This document shows, one piece after another, positions 11,745 through 30,179 of a stretch of 64,000 nt of DNA; within the stretch, counting starts at the first letter, position 1; each line of letters begins with the position of its first letter. The translations under genes were made by a program, and so were the position numbers. Source of the stretch: the human T2T-CHM13v2.0 reference genome, Homo sapiens; the NCBI RefSeq assembly GCF_009914755.1, contig NC_060927.1; one strand, written 5' to 3'. Under the pieces are notes generated by a model. That model ran no database searches. It was given only the letters and a program-made list of their open reading frames with translations, and was not told the DNA's origin.

Positions 11745-11788
11745 TTTTGAGACATCAGACAGGTTCAAATCCTAGGTTTACCACTTTC
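11745..11788 (+). mobile_element. MIR, left part (split by the L1 insertion)
   Basis: 'tcagacaggttcaaatcctaggtttaccactt' continues in MIR register at 14270. Confidence 0.65.
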
Positions 11789-14410
<2,622 letters not shown>

Positions 14411-16297
14411 CAGCTTTCTTACTGGCCTTCCTGCCTGGAAAACATAAGGACAATCTAACCAGGAGCTCTGCTCTAACAAACATTTGTGTGGAACCTTCTG
14501 GTTCACAAAGCATTTTCCCATAATTTGGTCCTCACAACAACCTTGTAAGGCAAGTGGGGCATTATTATTGACCCTATTCTACAGAGAAAGGAATTGACAT
14601 GATCAAGACTGCTTTTGCCAAGCCACATCACAATTTTTTGAAAAAGTTTTTAATAATGGAAGGTAAAGAGCGTCATCACAATCCCTGAAGACCATGCCAC
14701 TGCTGAGGAGGGTCTGAATCTGAGTCTTGATTTAGCAGATGTGGTGTTTGCTTGGGTACTGTGTACTGGAAAATTGTTATGCTACTTTGTTAAGAAGACT
14801 AAGGCAATTATTATTTTATGAGAATATGATGTTTTTACATATCAATATCTATTCAAATCAGAATAGTTTAAATACTTAGAATTAAGCAGTGATTATGTTT
14901 TGTAACTTCAGTGTTTGCTATACACCCAGACATTTGAATTTCTTAAATCATGCTCTGTATTGTTACTCTAGTACACCCTGCTAGCTCATTCATGCACCCT
15001 TTGCATCTACTGGTCTGTGTCAAATCACACAAAGTAATTTTTTGTTCAACTCAGAGAACTGTCTGTAGGTCCCTATCTTAGGAAAAGGAGGGGAAGAAGG
15101 AGAAAAAAGAACTACTGGTATGGATTTGGACCCCTACTCTATAGAATTTAGAAGGAAAATACACCCCCTTTTCTGCCATCTTTACCTGGGGCATGGAGAT
15201 CATGTCTCAGTCTCAGATTTCAATTATATGTATGTATACGCACAAACACACACACACAAATCCATATTACCTGTCTGTAGATTTTTCTGGGCCTAATGAG
15301 AAGCTGCTTGGGAGTTCATTTCCACTTGAAACCTATTTTCTGATGGGATGATCTGCTTCTCATGTGATCTCTGGAACTGAGTGGAACCCTTGAAAACACT
15401 TTAAAGTGAGAGAACTCTCTTTGGTGCCTTTTCAACTCTAACCATTCCTTCTTGCCTACCAGCTACCCAGTGACTATTCTTTCTTCCAGTTACTTCTTAA
15501 ACTAGAAGGATCCACATAACTATGTCTTTTTCAAGAGACTGACATTTCCCCTCTCTTTTTCTTCTTCCATGCTTATTTTTGTCCCATATTAGACCCAAAG
15601 CCCCCAACATGCTACCTTCTCATCTCAGATGTCCTCCTGTGGTCTGTGATCTGAAGTTCTCATGTATTCCATTAAGATGGAAAGCAATTTGACTAAACTA
15701 AGTAATACCAAGATGTGCTTACTGGTTAAGGAGAGTTAAGGAGCTCCTCCCTCCTTAGCTGTCAGAGATATTTGCATTTTGAAGTGATTTGGTATTGTTT
15801 TAAACAGCATTGAGTACAGTAGTTTAAAGAGGTAAGCTTCCTAGGGTCTGCGCATTTGTCTGTGTCTCTCAGAGTCATGGGTCAGGAATCTGCATATTTC
15901 CCTTGCTGGCTCATTTCTTCTTCCTTTTTTTGTCCAGCTAACACCAGAAATGATCTTCTTATGCTGTATGTACACCTTTGTATTATCACCATCCAACCAG
16001 ATTTTGCAACCCCAAATACATGAAGCCATCCTTGACTTTCCTCCCACCCTACCCTGGATGCATTTGGATACTAGCAATACTAGCTCCTGTTGAACTTAAC
16101 ACATGAATCCATTCATGTCTCTGCATCCCCATCTCAGCTTTAGAGAACAGCTTTCTATGTTCTTTCCTGGACCATTTTAATAGTCCTCTGTTTATTTTCC
16201 TATTCTCAGGTCTTCTCCTTCTAATTCATCTTCACATTACTGCCAAATTAGCTGCTTGTCATCTGATAATCTTTCCATGGCTTTGCATTACCAAAAG

Positions 16298-16759
16298 CAG
16301 CAGTTCTCATAATGTGATCCAAGAATCCCTAGGGACCCCTGAGGCTTTTACAAGAAGTCTGTGAGGCCCTTCTTTTTCCAACTATACATATTTATAAAGC
16401 CAGATTTTTTTCCATGTACTGTACTTCAACCAAAATAACATATCTCAACAGATTGAATGCAGAAGCTGATAAGAGAACCAGCTGTCTTTCATAAGCCAGA
16501 CACTAAAGAGATTTACAAAAATATAAAACAATGCCATCCTTCTAATTTTTTGTGTTAGAAAATGCTTTTTCATTAAAAATGCTATTTGTTAAGAGTAATG
16601 AGTTTGTCATGAGTTAATATTTTTTGTTTTACAGCTTTAACTTTTAATATAGTAAATACCAATAGATATAACCTATATTTTGAAAAGCTCTTTGGGGAGT
16701 CCTCAATAAATTTTAAGAGTATGAAGGGGTCATGAGACCAAAATGTTTGAGAACCTCTG
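16298..16759 (+). mobile_element. hAT-Charlie (Charlie1-like) internally deleted DNA transposon
   Basis: TIRs 'cagcagttctca' and 'tgagaacctctg', an 8-bp TSD ACCAAAAG/ACCTAAAG, and the Charlie 3' segment 'acagattgaatgcagaagctgataagagaa'. Confidence 0.8.
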
Positions 16760-18146
16760 ACCTAAAGGATAAATCCTAAATTCCTTAGGTTAGTGTTAGA
16801 GTCATTAATAGTCTGGTCCCGGACTACCTTTCCAGCCTCATCTCTTATCCCTTCTCCCTTTCATATCCCTCCTCCCTCACTCACACACACACATACACCA
16901 CACAATTCTACCCAATAGACAAACACAGTGTGTTCCAGCCATCATAACACATACTCTGTCCACCACAAAATATTTAGCTCTGATTATACATGTGCTTGTT
17001 TTCTTTTTGTCTAGCTTCTCAGGCATGGGAATTCTATTTCATCATCCTTTGTTTCCAGTCTAATCGGGAGCTTGATTCATAATGGGAGTCATACATGTTT
17101 GATTTAATTAACATATTTCGTCAAATCTAAGATGCTAGTAGTTTTAAGAGCCACTGTTATTTTATGAACCACTAAAAAAGACAAAACGTTTCTTAAACAA
17201 TCACACACTATCAATTACATCTTACAATATGGAAACACAAGTATAGATAAAATACAGAATTATTTGGATTGTGGCTAACTGGGAAATGTACTTTCTGAGC
17301 CTCTGCCACTAAATTCTCCTTTAGTATCAGGTCTCAGCAAACCCATCTGTAGTTCTAGCTCCCACCCTAGGTGGGCCTCATGGAACAAAAGAATTTCCCT
17401 TCAGAAACTAGAGAGAGATTCAAGGAGCTGGGTCATCTCTAGCTGAAGCTGGCTCATGTATTTTGTCTTCATGGCTTGTTTCTCATGATAAATGAGAGGA
17501 AATTTTTCCTGTAGTTGAGGAAGGAAAGTTGATATGAATTATAAATGACATAGTATTTAGGTCCAAACAAATTTTGACTCCAAAAATACGTGACCTTTTA
17601 GATGTTACAGACAATCATACAGATATTGCCATTCTGTATACATAAGAGTCAGAGTCATTTCCCTAGTGTGAGGAGATGAACGGAACTTCACCATTCTTTA
17701 TGGGGTCTTCCTTTCCTCCTCCACCTTTCCCAGTGAAGTTGTCTTCCCTTGTGTTTTACACTGCTTGGTCACAGCCTTCATGGACAGTGATTAAGACTGC
17801 GTGAGTTCAAGTCCTGGCATACCACAAATTATTTTCCAAATTATTTTCATCCTTTTCCATCCAAAACATACCACTGCTAAATAGGTGCTGGGTTTTGTGT
17901 CCCCCACCCCTTACAAATTCATCATTCCTGAGCTATCAAAGACTCATTGCTCTTGAGGAAATAAACAGCATTTAGTGGCGTAGACCAGTTCATCAGCCTG
18001 CAGTTCCCTTGTGCTACTAGCAGTGGCTGCAGTAGCAGTAATGACACTTCTGGTCATCAGTTGGCCTTATGGATATTGGAGGGCATCCACTTCATTGACA
18101 CTAAAATTCAGTATTTTAGACTAGATTAACTTGATTGGCTTTGATT

Positions 18147-18490
18147 AGTGTTTCCCAAATCTGGCTGTACACTAGAATCACCTCGGGAACTTTTTTTAAT
18201 AAATCCACTTTCCCAGACCCCGTCCCAGAGCAATTAAATCAGAATCTTTGGGCATGGGGCTGGGGCATCCAGTGATTCTGATGCGCAACCAGGGCTGGGG
18301 TCACTAGCTTTGATCTCTGGTTCTTAAACTTTAGTGCACAACAGAATCACCTTAAGGGCTTATTTAAACACTGATCACTGGGCCACCCCCAGAGTTTCTC
18401 ATTCAGTAGATCTGGGGCTGGGCCAAGAATTACATGTCTAAGTCTCTAGTAGTGCTGAAGCTTTGGTCCAGAGACCTTGAGAATCGCTAT
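18147..18490. mobile_element. Two adjacent MER5-family hAT MITEs (about 18147-18307 and 18317-18490)
   Basis: 'agaatcacct', 'aaatcagaatct' and 'cagtagatctggggctgggccaagaatt' motifs. Confidence 0.7.
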
Positions 18491-19419
18491 TGTAGACTTA
18501 TGAAGGGCTATCCAGGAGCAGGAGACGCTTTTAGCTTCCCTACCTCACTTGGGCTACATGATGGAGAAGTGAGTTCTGGAATAAAACCAGGATCAGTTAG
18601 GAAGGAGAATGGAGAGAAGGTGACAGAGAAGGAGCTAGCAGAATTCCTCTCAAGTGTTGTGGGATTAGGAACTGTTAGAACTTGAAGTTTCATGTTATTC
18701 TTCAGGATGTACTGGAAGTTAGTTTTTACTCTGTTTTAAGAATGAGAAGGGCACAAGGAATGGGCTGGCTAGGGTTATAAAGCAAAAGGAAAACACCTTT
18801 TGAGTAACTCTTGGTCTTGACTGCTTATTGCAGCTGTCTCATTTTAGAACTTGATTTTATAAGACTTTTTTTCTTATGCTGTGTAATTCTTTTGCAAATC
18901 AAAAATTAGAGGCTGTTTTTGGGGGGCTTGATTATGAAGAGATTTGCAAAAGTTCTCTAGGGAGAATAGATCTCTTTACTTCTGAGGGGTAAGTCATTCA
19001 CATAGAAAATTTGAGGAAGTGACTCTTTCCAAGATGATATTAACCCAGAAAGTTTAGGCATACCAGGTCCTTGAAAGTGTCATGTTGATTTAATGTCTTA
19101 TGTTTTAGGTAGTGATTTTAAATTTGCATAAGTCAACAATTCTCTTCTGCAGATAAAACAAAAGTTTAATAAGACATTCTCATTGTAAACAATGCCAATG
19201 GGGACTAAGAAAAAATATTTTAAAGAAATTCAATTTTATGAATTTAAGTACATTCCATTACACTGTTGGCAGAAGAATGTAGGTGAGGGAAGTAGTGCTC
19301 ATACTTAGGAGAGCTGTTGATTTATGTAAATTCAAATGTTAACCCTTAATGAGTAAACCCAATTTTCTATAGGAAAGTATTTTTGCTAAAATATATGGTG
19401 GGAGAAAGCATAGAATTTC

Positions 19420-19630
19420 AAGCTCTCATGTTGTCTCTTACTAGCTATATGACTGCACAGAGTGCTTCAGCTCCCAGAGCTCCCTCATTGTCCTCAACTA
19501 CAATGCACAGGTGACCAGTATATTGTCTACCTTAGGGATTGTTGTGAGAGTTAAATGGGTAGGGTATAAAAACATTTCATGTGTTGAAAATCCCTTTCAA
19601 ACATGGGTTTGCTGTATTACTATCATTAAA
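19420..19630 (+). mobile_element. MIR
   Basis: 'cttactagctatatgact...ctaccttagggattgttgtgagagttaaatg'. Confidence 0.55.
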
Positions 19631-20349
19631 TAACATTACTTTTGTTGTAATATTGTAAGCAAATCTTATTTTTGTTTGGCAAATCTTATTTAAAAAAAAA
19701 AGAAAAAGAAATGTGAAAGGTAGTCTAGATGTCCTCACCCAGATTTGAATTCAGTAGAATGCTCATTAATACACATAAACCTCATGAATTGGGGCTATTT
19801 TTAACCAACAGAGAACTGTCGTCTTTGTTAAAATCTGGTATAATTCTGGGAGATTTTTCTGAAGAAGGAAAATTCAAACAGAATATTTTAAATGAAAAAA
19901 GAGTTTTTTCCAGCAGTTTCATATTGTCTTTGTAATAAATATCTGAAACATTTTTGAAACACTTAATCATTGCCTTTATATATGTGATGGACACTGGAGA
20001 TTCTTCAAGCTAGAACCCCAAAAGCCCCCCAAACCTAAGATACATTGCCTTTGCAGCATCTTCTTTCTTTTCTCCCTCTCCTGTTCATCCATTTCCGTTC
20101 CCTTCCTTTGGGTCATTTGCATCACCAAGCTTTCTCATCTCTTTGCTCCTCCCCTCAGAAGTTTTCTAGCCTTTCTGCTCAAGGGAATCAATTATCTGCT
20201 GCAAGCATCCTAGCAGCTCCTTGAAGATAAATCATTTGCCTTTGTTCCGACTGTACCAGGATATCACTCAGCTATGAGCTGTGGGCAGCCGCATTGCTCA
20301 TGTCCTCCAGAGCATCTTCATCAGTTTCCCTGTCTGTAAAATGAGTGTT

Positions 20350-21024
<675 letters not shown>

Positions 21025-22213
21025 CTGTGATACTGCTATTCTGCATAGAGTTATTAATATATGACACACTTAGCATAGTGCCGAGTTCAGAAAAGGTGCT
21101 CAGTAAGTGGAGGGTACAGGCCAAGAAGTAAGTAGAAGGTGAAGAGATGGAACCATGAGTTTATACAGTTTTTTGGAGAAGTTTAACCATAAAGTGAGAG
21201 CAAGAGAAGGCTACAACTGGCAGGGATAGAGAGCTGAGTGTTTTAAAAACCAATGTGTTGAGCTGGTCTAAAAGCTCCCGGGAAGGGTGTGTGGGGACTG
21301 AGTGCTATAGGCATGTGAGCTTCAGATGAGGTGAGATGCACACTGATGGGCAGGAACTGCTCTACACGTGATTCTCATGCTCACATGTAGCACTGGTGCT
21401 CAGGGTCTCTCCTGCCCTTGTCAACCAGTGCTAGTGCTAGATGCATGATTGTTCCGTGTTTGATGAGAAGAGGCAAGAATGAGAATCCCCTGTCCTGTGA
21501 TCAGTGAGTCAGATTAACACTGAGTGTAAGTGCTTTGAGAGAACAGTGTAAGATGTTCTCTCAAAGTCACACAACTATTTTTCCACAGAACAGAGCCCAG
21601 GCTCTGTGCTGGCAGCTTGAGGTCAGCTAAGTATACAGCAGCTCAGGAGAGAGCCCCAGAACCCTCTGAGATGAAAAGAAATGCAGCAGTTTGCTTTGAA
21701 ATTCCTTGGTTAGATGAAGAAATTGCAATGTGCCCACTTTGCCCAAAAGGCAGAGAAACAAGGGTCCAAGAATCACCCAGGGAAGCAATATTGTGCCAGG
21801 GAAGCAATATCATGCCTGGGCATCCCTGGAAGCAGTGGAAGATGAATGAGATGGAAGGGTTGGAAGCTCTAGAGTGGGCCGCTTGAGAAGGGATGGTAAT
21901 TGTTCAGATTCCAGTTGCTGGCCCGGAGGTCACTATGAGGTAGGGACAGCCCCTGAGCCTGAGGAGTGCTGTTTAAAAGCAAGTGAGAGTGGCTGGGCAG
22001 CTTGCTTGTATAAACACATGGGGTCACATCTAACCAGTTCTCACTGTGACACAGGAGAATCCCTGAAGGAGGAAAAGGAGGCTTAGACAAATATAGTTAA
22101 CGTTCTTTAATTGATGTTATTGTTATTTTGACCTGCAGTTAAGTGTAAAATAATTGAGCTAAAAAATAAAATATAATTCTTATTTAAATAACCTAGCTAT
22201 ACAAATTTCATAA

Positions 22214-22578
<365 letters not shown>

Positions 22579-22598
22579 TCATGTCTTTTTTAATGAGT

Positions 22599-22880
22599 GT
22601 CGTAGGTTGGGCGGTCCCTAGAAGCAGACCTAGAACCCTGAGACCAAGAGTCCTGTGGAGTGACTTATTAGGAAGGTTTCCCAGGAATAACTGATAGGGG
22701 AAAAGGGTAGTGGGCCTGGAAAGGGAAGAAAGGATGAGTATCAAGCAAAACTCCACAGAGATTGACTTTGTTGCAGTCTGTCTTGAGAGTTCTGGTGAGA
22801 TTATAGGTCACACCTTGGACTTGTCTTCATCGGGTGACAGAGTATTATAATCTCGGATCTCTCAGTCATTGGTTAAGGGC
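22599..22880 (-). mobile_element. Old ERVL LTR (LTR16/LTR33-like) fragment
   Basis: 'tgtcgtaggttgggcggtccctagaagcagacc...ctgagac...acttattaggaagg' resembles the LTR16-type terminus. Confidence 0.45.
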
Positions 22881-24524
22881 ACTGAAGATGTGCCAAGCTC
22901 TGTTTAAACATTTTAAATTAGTGACCTACATGTTAACATGTTTGATTGGTTTAATATATACAAAGCATTTTAAAAAGTGCTATAAATGTTGGGCTGATGT
23001 TATTCTTACCATCATCATCATGTGCTCCCCTACTCCTCCCATCTCTCTGAATATAAAGTAAAACCTCATCTCGCTTCCATTGCTAGGACCTTGTTCCTGG
23101 TTCTCATGTATCATGTTACAAATACAACTTACTGCATCTTCCTCCTCTCCTCTATGAACCCGTCCTAAGTCTCATTCTCTGAAAACCAGTATGGAGGTTC
23201 CATGTAAGGGCTGGAGATGGCTGGTGAAGGGCTGATTGTTAAACATTTGTCATATGCCCCTGGGTTAGAGATGTAATTGAAGTTCGCCCTGGATGTAGTC
23301 CCATGGGCCTCTCTTTTGCATTATTAAATCATAATGATAAATGAGTATGACCAGGTATTTTATTCTTTCCCTGGAGATGTGGCTTTTATAGATGTGGTCT
23401 CCTTGATAATGTTTTGCCACAGAAGAAACTTTTGGCAGAATCATTGCCAGCCTGACAATCCTCCAAATTTCCCGAAGTTCAAGGAATACTTCGAAAACGT
23501 AAAGTTCTGAAAACTAGAAAATATTGACTTTCATAGGAATTGTAGTCTAATTATAAAGAAGGGCAGTCTCTGTGCAGGACATCTGATTGTATTTGTGAGG
23601 AAGGTGGTCCAGATTTTGGAGGAAAACATTCTTGTGTGTACAACAGGGAATTTAGAAGTTTACCCTTTGATGTTATATGAGAGTGGGTTGGCTAGATGTC
23701 ATGTAATTTTCATTTTTTTAAAGAAGAGGGAGAGGAAGAGAAAGGTAAGCATCAGATAAGCAGTTGCTAAATCTTTAAAGGGTCAGAGTGTTTCTGTTTG
23801 TTTCCTCTTTCTTTAATTTTCTAGGACAGGACTTTTATTCCCTAGAATATACAGAAGAGTCACAAAAGTCTATGCCGTCAGACCTGAAAGGAAGATCCTT
23901 TAGTAATTGCCACTGTGTTTAGTGCATGAGGAAATGGAGGCCATCCTGAGTGGAGAAGTGACTTACCCAGGATCCAAGCCTAGTTGATGTGAGAGAAGAG
24001 GCTTAAGCATGAGTCCAGATTCTCAGTGCAGTGTGCATGCTAGGATGTCCTCTCCTACATCCCTCTGCACAGCAGTACTCCAGTCACACTGATGTTCTTT
24101 TCCTTCTTCAAGCACTTCAACTTATTCCTTGCGAAGTTCTTTGACCAGTTGTTTGTCCCAGCCTGGCATGGGTGGCTCCCTGCTGTTCAGATTACAGCCC
24201 CAGGACCTCCCCACAGCAGTTCCCCTCACCACTCAGCATAAACACATCACCCAGTCTCTCTCCATTACTTTTCCCTAGTTTAAGTTCTGCACAGCACTTG
24301 AAATTATACAATTTTTTTTGTTGTTCTTTGTTTATTGCCTACAGTCAGTTAAGAGCCCACATGGTGTATTCTTAGCCTAGAACAATGCCTGGCACATGGG
24401 AGACCAAAGAAACATGGCATTAAAGTGGAATGAACTGGACAGAGGAACAATGAGCAGGTTTCTCAAGTGGTCCATATTGTTGGATGAGACTTCATTAGAG
24501 AGAATGAGAATTATGGTCTAGGTT

Positions 24525-24990
24525 GGCCCAGTCTAATGGACATAGAACACAAGGCACATATGTAATTTCAAATTTTCTAGTAGCCACAGTAGAAAAAGTG
24601 AAAAGAAATAGGCAAAAGCAATTTAAATAATATTTGTATTTAAACCAATGTATTCAAAACATTATTTCAACATATAATCAATAAAAAAATCTAGTGAAAT
24701 ATTTGCTTTCTTTTTTTTTTTCAGACCAGGTCTTTTAAATCTCCTATATAATGTGCATTTATAGCACATCTTCAATTTAGACACTGAATTTTTTTCATAA
24801 ATAGTTGGTTAGATTTCATAAAACTTACGATTGGAAAAGTAGACTTACATACTTAAAATGTTTCTAGTGACTGAATTAGCTATCACCTTTTAAATTTAGT
24901 TAAAAATAAGTTTTAATAATTCACTTCCTCAGTCACACTTGCAACATTTCAAGTTCTCAGTGCTACATGTGGTCAGTGACTGCACAGGTC
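24525..24990. mobile_element. MER33/Charlie5-like hAT element
   Basis: 'cacatatgtaatttcaaattttctagtagccaca' and 'acatttcaagttctcagtgctacatgtgg'. Confidence 0.7.
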
Positions 24991-27900
24991 CATATCAGTT
25001 GCACCAAACTATTAGTTTTGAAGTTCCTTAGCCCTTCCTGTCCCATATCAGCTCTGTGGAAATAGTCTGGCATGTGGGGCTCATTGAGTTAGAACACCCA
25101 GGCAGGCCTTATGCCAGGAATACATGACTGTGCCTTGAGTCCAGCAGTTTTTTGGCCATTGTGTTAAGAGATAGGAGTTGGTGAATCCTTTTAATACCTT
25201 GAAAGTTGAATTGTTTTATTCTGATTTGTCCTAAAAAAAAAAAAGCAAAGTTAGGGGATTCTCACAGCGTCCACAGAGCATATAGTCCAAAATGCAGTGC
25301 ACAGGTGCAGACATCTCTGGAAGCACAGCTCAGGGCTTAAAAAACACAGAAACAATCACATAAAGCAGAGGACCTGACTCCACAACAACCCTGCCCAGGT
25401 GGCCACAGCTGAGTAAGCCACATCTCATGCACTCACTCCACTGAGGCACCGAGAGTTTATCTGTACAGGAAGGTTTGTTGTCTCAGATCCTCTGCAAGGC
25501 CCTGAACTGAGGAGCAGCATACTTCACAAGAGTGTTTTGAGGTCCTCACCCCTTACAGAGACCTCTGCATGCCATCTCATCTTAGATATTATGTTAGCAG
25601 ATTCTACCAGCAACTCCAAAGGAAATTGTTTCATGGTGTGTGCATCCCTTGGGAGAAGAACAAGGGTTGTTATATTCTGAAACATCAGATGTCACAGGCT
25701 TCTGTCATGGCTCTAACTTAATTACCAAGTGACAGTTCCTCTCTGCTATGGACATTAGCAGACCAACTCTAATTAAGATGTCCAGGGCTCAGATGCCCAG
25801 ATAGCCAGGGTGCCTAACAAGTAAACAGAAGCTGAAGTTTCTCCTGGGGAAAACTGTCTCAAATAAAACCTTCAATCACAATAATTTGCAGGTAGTGCTA
25901 TTTTCCAAATGAACAAACTGTCAAGAATGGGATCCTTAGAAGACAGCCCTCCTTTAAATCCCTCTCTGCTTAGTTCATCGTTATTTTTTACTTTATAACA
26001 TGGTTGAAGAAAAGTTTATATCAAGAATAATAGAAGTGTCAGCCTGCCTTTTGCTTGTTGTTCACTTGTGCTTCCATTATTAGCATTGCCTTCAATCCAG
26101 TGTTTATTTCAGATGTCTTTTTAAGCTACCTGCCCATGTTTTAGGAGCTAACATTTCAAAGTAGATAACAGAATAGGCAAATCCCCTCACTTGGATACAA
26201 GTAAACTGCAAGGCTTCCTAGTGTCCTGAGTGTTAAGGAAATAGGGTAGGCCCCACTTCTGAGCCTTCCCAGATGGGGAGCTTCCCCTCTTTCATTAAGA
26301 TGCCACCTGTCTCAGAGGCCAACCAGAAAATTTTGAAATCACCAAAAGGACTATTTTCAATCCATATTTATATTCACTGTTATTCATAATAATCCTAAAA
26401 AAAAAAAAAATAAATAAATAAATCCCTCTCTGCAACCCCTGGGTGGCACCAGATCATTTGGTACCCTTCTGTTTTCATGATCTTTCAACACACTTTTATA
26501 AAGAATCTACTATGTGCTAGGTATTATGCTAAGCACTGGGAATGAAAAGACATGAACCCTGCCCTCCAAGAGTTCCCAGGCCAGTGGAGAAAAAAGGCTT
26601 CACATAGAAAACTGTGGTACAAATGCAGTCTCCTTTATCAGATAGCACACCTGCTGGGGTTATGGCTGTGTGAAAAACTCTAGGGATGCAGAGAGATATA
26701 AAGCATAATTTCTTCTCTCCAAAAGCTTATAGTATAATCAAGGAGAAAGGGCAGAATATGAAAAAATAGTGTGTTATAGGATACAGTAGGAAGCTATAAG
26801 TCAAGCCATGTTCTTAAATCCAACTTAACTAGTAATAAAAATAATGTTTGATCCACCTCTGACTCCTCTATGTATGTTTGAATTAGTTCTGAACTTGGAG
26901 AGAGGCAACAATTAGTCCTCTTAACCAATATAACAACCAAAGGAGACTGACGATAACAAGCCTTTTGTACTTTATGGTGTTTTCCCATCTAATATGCTGT
27001 TGACTCATCCTGACAAGCCTGTTGATAGGCATCATTTTAATACCATGTTACTATAAAGAAAATACAATGCCCTAAAAGCCAAGTGTTATGCCTAAAATCC
27101 TAGAACTAGGAACATGGACTGAGATTGTCTTACTCCAAGTCCAGTATATTTTCCAGAATCCCAGAGCTTCGGTAGGCACCGCCTTTGTATTTGGAAAACT
27201 GTGACCCACTGAAGACAGTTGTGCCATCTGATTGTGTGTCTCTTGATGGAGTTTATAACTTCAGCCAGTGAACTGCTCCAGCCTTTCCCTTGCAGTATGC
27301 TTTATCTTGTTTTAGCAGCTTTAGTAGTTGGTCTTTTTGTTTCTCCCCTGGGTCTGTTTAAAAAAATAAAACAAACAGTAGCAGGATAGAGGTACTGGCT
27401 CTCAAATCAGATATTGGCTGGGTAATATTTAGGAAAGGAAATGTTGCAACCCATTATGGCAGTGGGTTATTCCTTTTATAAGCTGAGGAATCTGTAGCTC
27501 ATTTAGCCTCATTATTTTTTGGTTAGCAGGCTCTGGTTGTGCCATCCTTATGGCTGTATTTTTAGAAGTCTTGGATTATTATAGCAACTGTGAAAAAGGA
27601 TGGGGAAAGAAATCTGGCTTCTAATATACATCCACTTAATTGTTTCTTGAATTAAATTAGCCTTCATCTAGCCCTCAGAGAATGCACTCACTCCTGCTGC
27701 TGATTAAAAGCTGCTACCTTTGCGTGGTCACTGAGGGGGTTATCAGATGATGAAAGAGGTATTTCAGGGTGCTGGTGGGCCTCCTCCTCATCCAGTTTAT
27801 TCCAGGTACCAGCTGGGCCTGGGAGGGTAGAGGTAGGAAAGGCCAGAAAGGAAGCATGTATAATCATGACATCTCCTTCACAGTGCCAAAAGAAATATTC

Positions 27901-28204
27901 ACAATTTGCGTCAAGTCTGATACTCTAGTTGTGGAACTTAAGCCTCTTCATTGAAGCTGATGTGATAGGAGGAAGAGACAGTAATGGGACAGCCCCACTG
28001 TGTTTCAGAGGGTGAAAAGAAACTGAGGAAATAAATAAGTACGGAAAACTATTAGGCTGCATCAGTGCAGTAAAGGGCAGAGAATGTTAGCCCTTAAACT
28101 ATTTCTGTCACACTGTGGTTAATTATAGAAAAGCTTTGAAGGGGTTGAGGGGAAAAACGAGAGTAGGGAACACTCTGAGCATGACAGATGTAAACCGATG
28201 TTTT

Positions 28205-28535
28205 ACTGCTCCTCCTTCCCTCCACCTTCCAGTAGTCTCCAGTGTCTATTGTTGCCATCTTTATGTCCATGAGTACCCAATGCTTAGCTCCCACTTATAA
28301 GTGAGAACATGTGCCATTAGGTTTTCTGTTTCTGCATTAATTCACTTAGTATAATAGCCTGTAGCTCCATCCATGTTGCTGCAGAGGACATGGTTTTATT
28401 ATTTTTTATGGCTGTATAGTATTCCATGGTGTACATGTACCACGTTTTCCTTATCCAGTCCACTGTTGATAGGTACCTCAGTTGATTCCACGTCTTTGTT
28501 ATGGTGAATAGTGCTGAGATGAACATATAAAGTAC
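28205..28535 (-). mobile_element. Older primate L1 (L1PA-late/L1PB) 3' fragment
   Basis: 'ttagctcccacttataagtgagaacatg...tagtattccatggtgta'. The ORF track shows an ORF2 C-terminal remnant (YTMEYYTAIK). Confidence 0.85.
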
Positions 28536-28704
28536 CATAATTTTAAATTAACTTCTGTGGTGAATAAATTTTCACTACATTAAGGAACAAAGAGCTTTTA
28601 AATTATTTGAGTAATATGGTAATTTAAGTGACTATCATGCATATAATAGAAACATTTTTAATAAGAAAAGGAAATTTCAGTTTATGAAAATCATTATATG
28701 TTTT

Positions 28705-28800
28705 TAATTTTTTTAAGAGAAAGGGTCTCACTATGTTGCCCAGGCTGGCCTAGAACTTCTAGGCTCAAGCAGTCCTCACAACTTGGCCTCCAGAGTAGTT
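28705..28800 (-). mobile_element. Alu monomer fragment (FLAM-like)
   Basis: 'agggtctcactatgttgcccaggctggcctagaacttctaggctcaagcagtcctc'. Confidence 0.75.
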
Positions 28801-28935
28801 ATGTGTACTTTTTAAACTTCAAACAATTAAGCTCTTGAGGTGTCAGTAGAGTAACATCAAATGATCTAGAAATATAGGACTCTGGCTTAGTTCTAGATAG
28901 GACTATGCTAGGAAATAGACTTCTCATGCATTATA

Positions 28936-29361
28936 CAGTTGGCCCTTGAACAATGTGGGTCCACTTCTATGTGAATTTTCTCCCATCTCTGCCACCCCTA
29001 AGACAACAAGACCAACCCCTCCTCTTCCGCTCTACCTCAGCCTACGTGAAGCCAGTGTGAAGACAACAAGGATGAAGACCTATATGATCATCTACTTCCA
29101 CTTAATGAATAGTAAATATGTTCCTTCTTTCTTATGATTTTGTTAATAACATTTTCCTTTCTCTAGCTTACTTTATTGTAAGAATACAGTATATATAACA
29201 TACAAAATATGTGCTAATCAACTGTTTTGTTATCAGTAAGGTTTCTGGTCAACAGTAGGCTATTAGTAGTTAAGTTTTGGGTGAGTCAAAAGTTATATGT
29301 GGATTTTCAACTGTGCAGGGGGTTTGCACCCCTAATTCCTGCATTGTTCAAGGGTCAACTC
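28936..29361 (+). mobile_element. Tigger2a (MER28)-like TcMar DNA transposon
   Basis: TIRs 'cagttggcccttgaacaatg' and 'cattgttcaagggtcaact' with TA on both flanks. About 425 bp. Confidence 0.85.
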
Positions 29362-30179
29362 TATTCTTGATGTTAGCATGTCCACTTGTACAGTTAGCAG
29401 CGATAGCCTCAGTAATTTTTCAATAGGATTTTGTGCTATATTTGCAAATCATGAAATGTTAAACAATTGTGTTTTTCAGGCTACCATATGATTTGGGGGG
29501 ATTTCTGTTCTGATATGGAAATAATACTGAGTAGCAAATATAATAATTTACAACATAACTATTATCTCTAACCATAGGGGTGATGGTGTATTTTTTTAAT
29601 GTATCCATCCTTTCAACTCTAAATTTACTTTGCCTCTCATTTTTCTTTCTCTTTCTCTCCCATCTCTTAAAGCAGAATTCTTTGGTATTGAGCCACTTGT
29701 GTTAAAATTGTATAGCATGTTATCAAGACAAGAATCTCTTGAATTTTGTTTGCTTGCTTGTTTGTTTCACTTCATTTGAGGTTTAGTTTTTGACTCATAT
29801 AGCTTTGCTGGGTAGTCTGGGCTGGTGAACTTTCCTAGGATCTCAGCCAGTCCATGATCAGTCATTCTGTAACCCAAAGGGACATGGAATGAGATTGATA
29901 GACAAAGATAAGCATTAGTTTCATTTATTCAACAAATATTTCAATGTCTGTTATATGTGCAAGTATTATATGTGCTATATCCTGGGCATATCCCTTAAAA
30001 GTCAATTAAAACAAACAAAATTTTAAACTCTCAAGAAGGATGGCTTTAAAAGATTATCCTTCTCCAAATCAAATTGTTATGGACATTTATTAAGCACTTA
30101 CTATAAAAGACACTGCAGAGGTTATAATATGTTAAGATAAGGTCTCTAAAGAGTTTCATACAGCCAACCAACAGATATT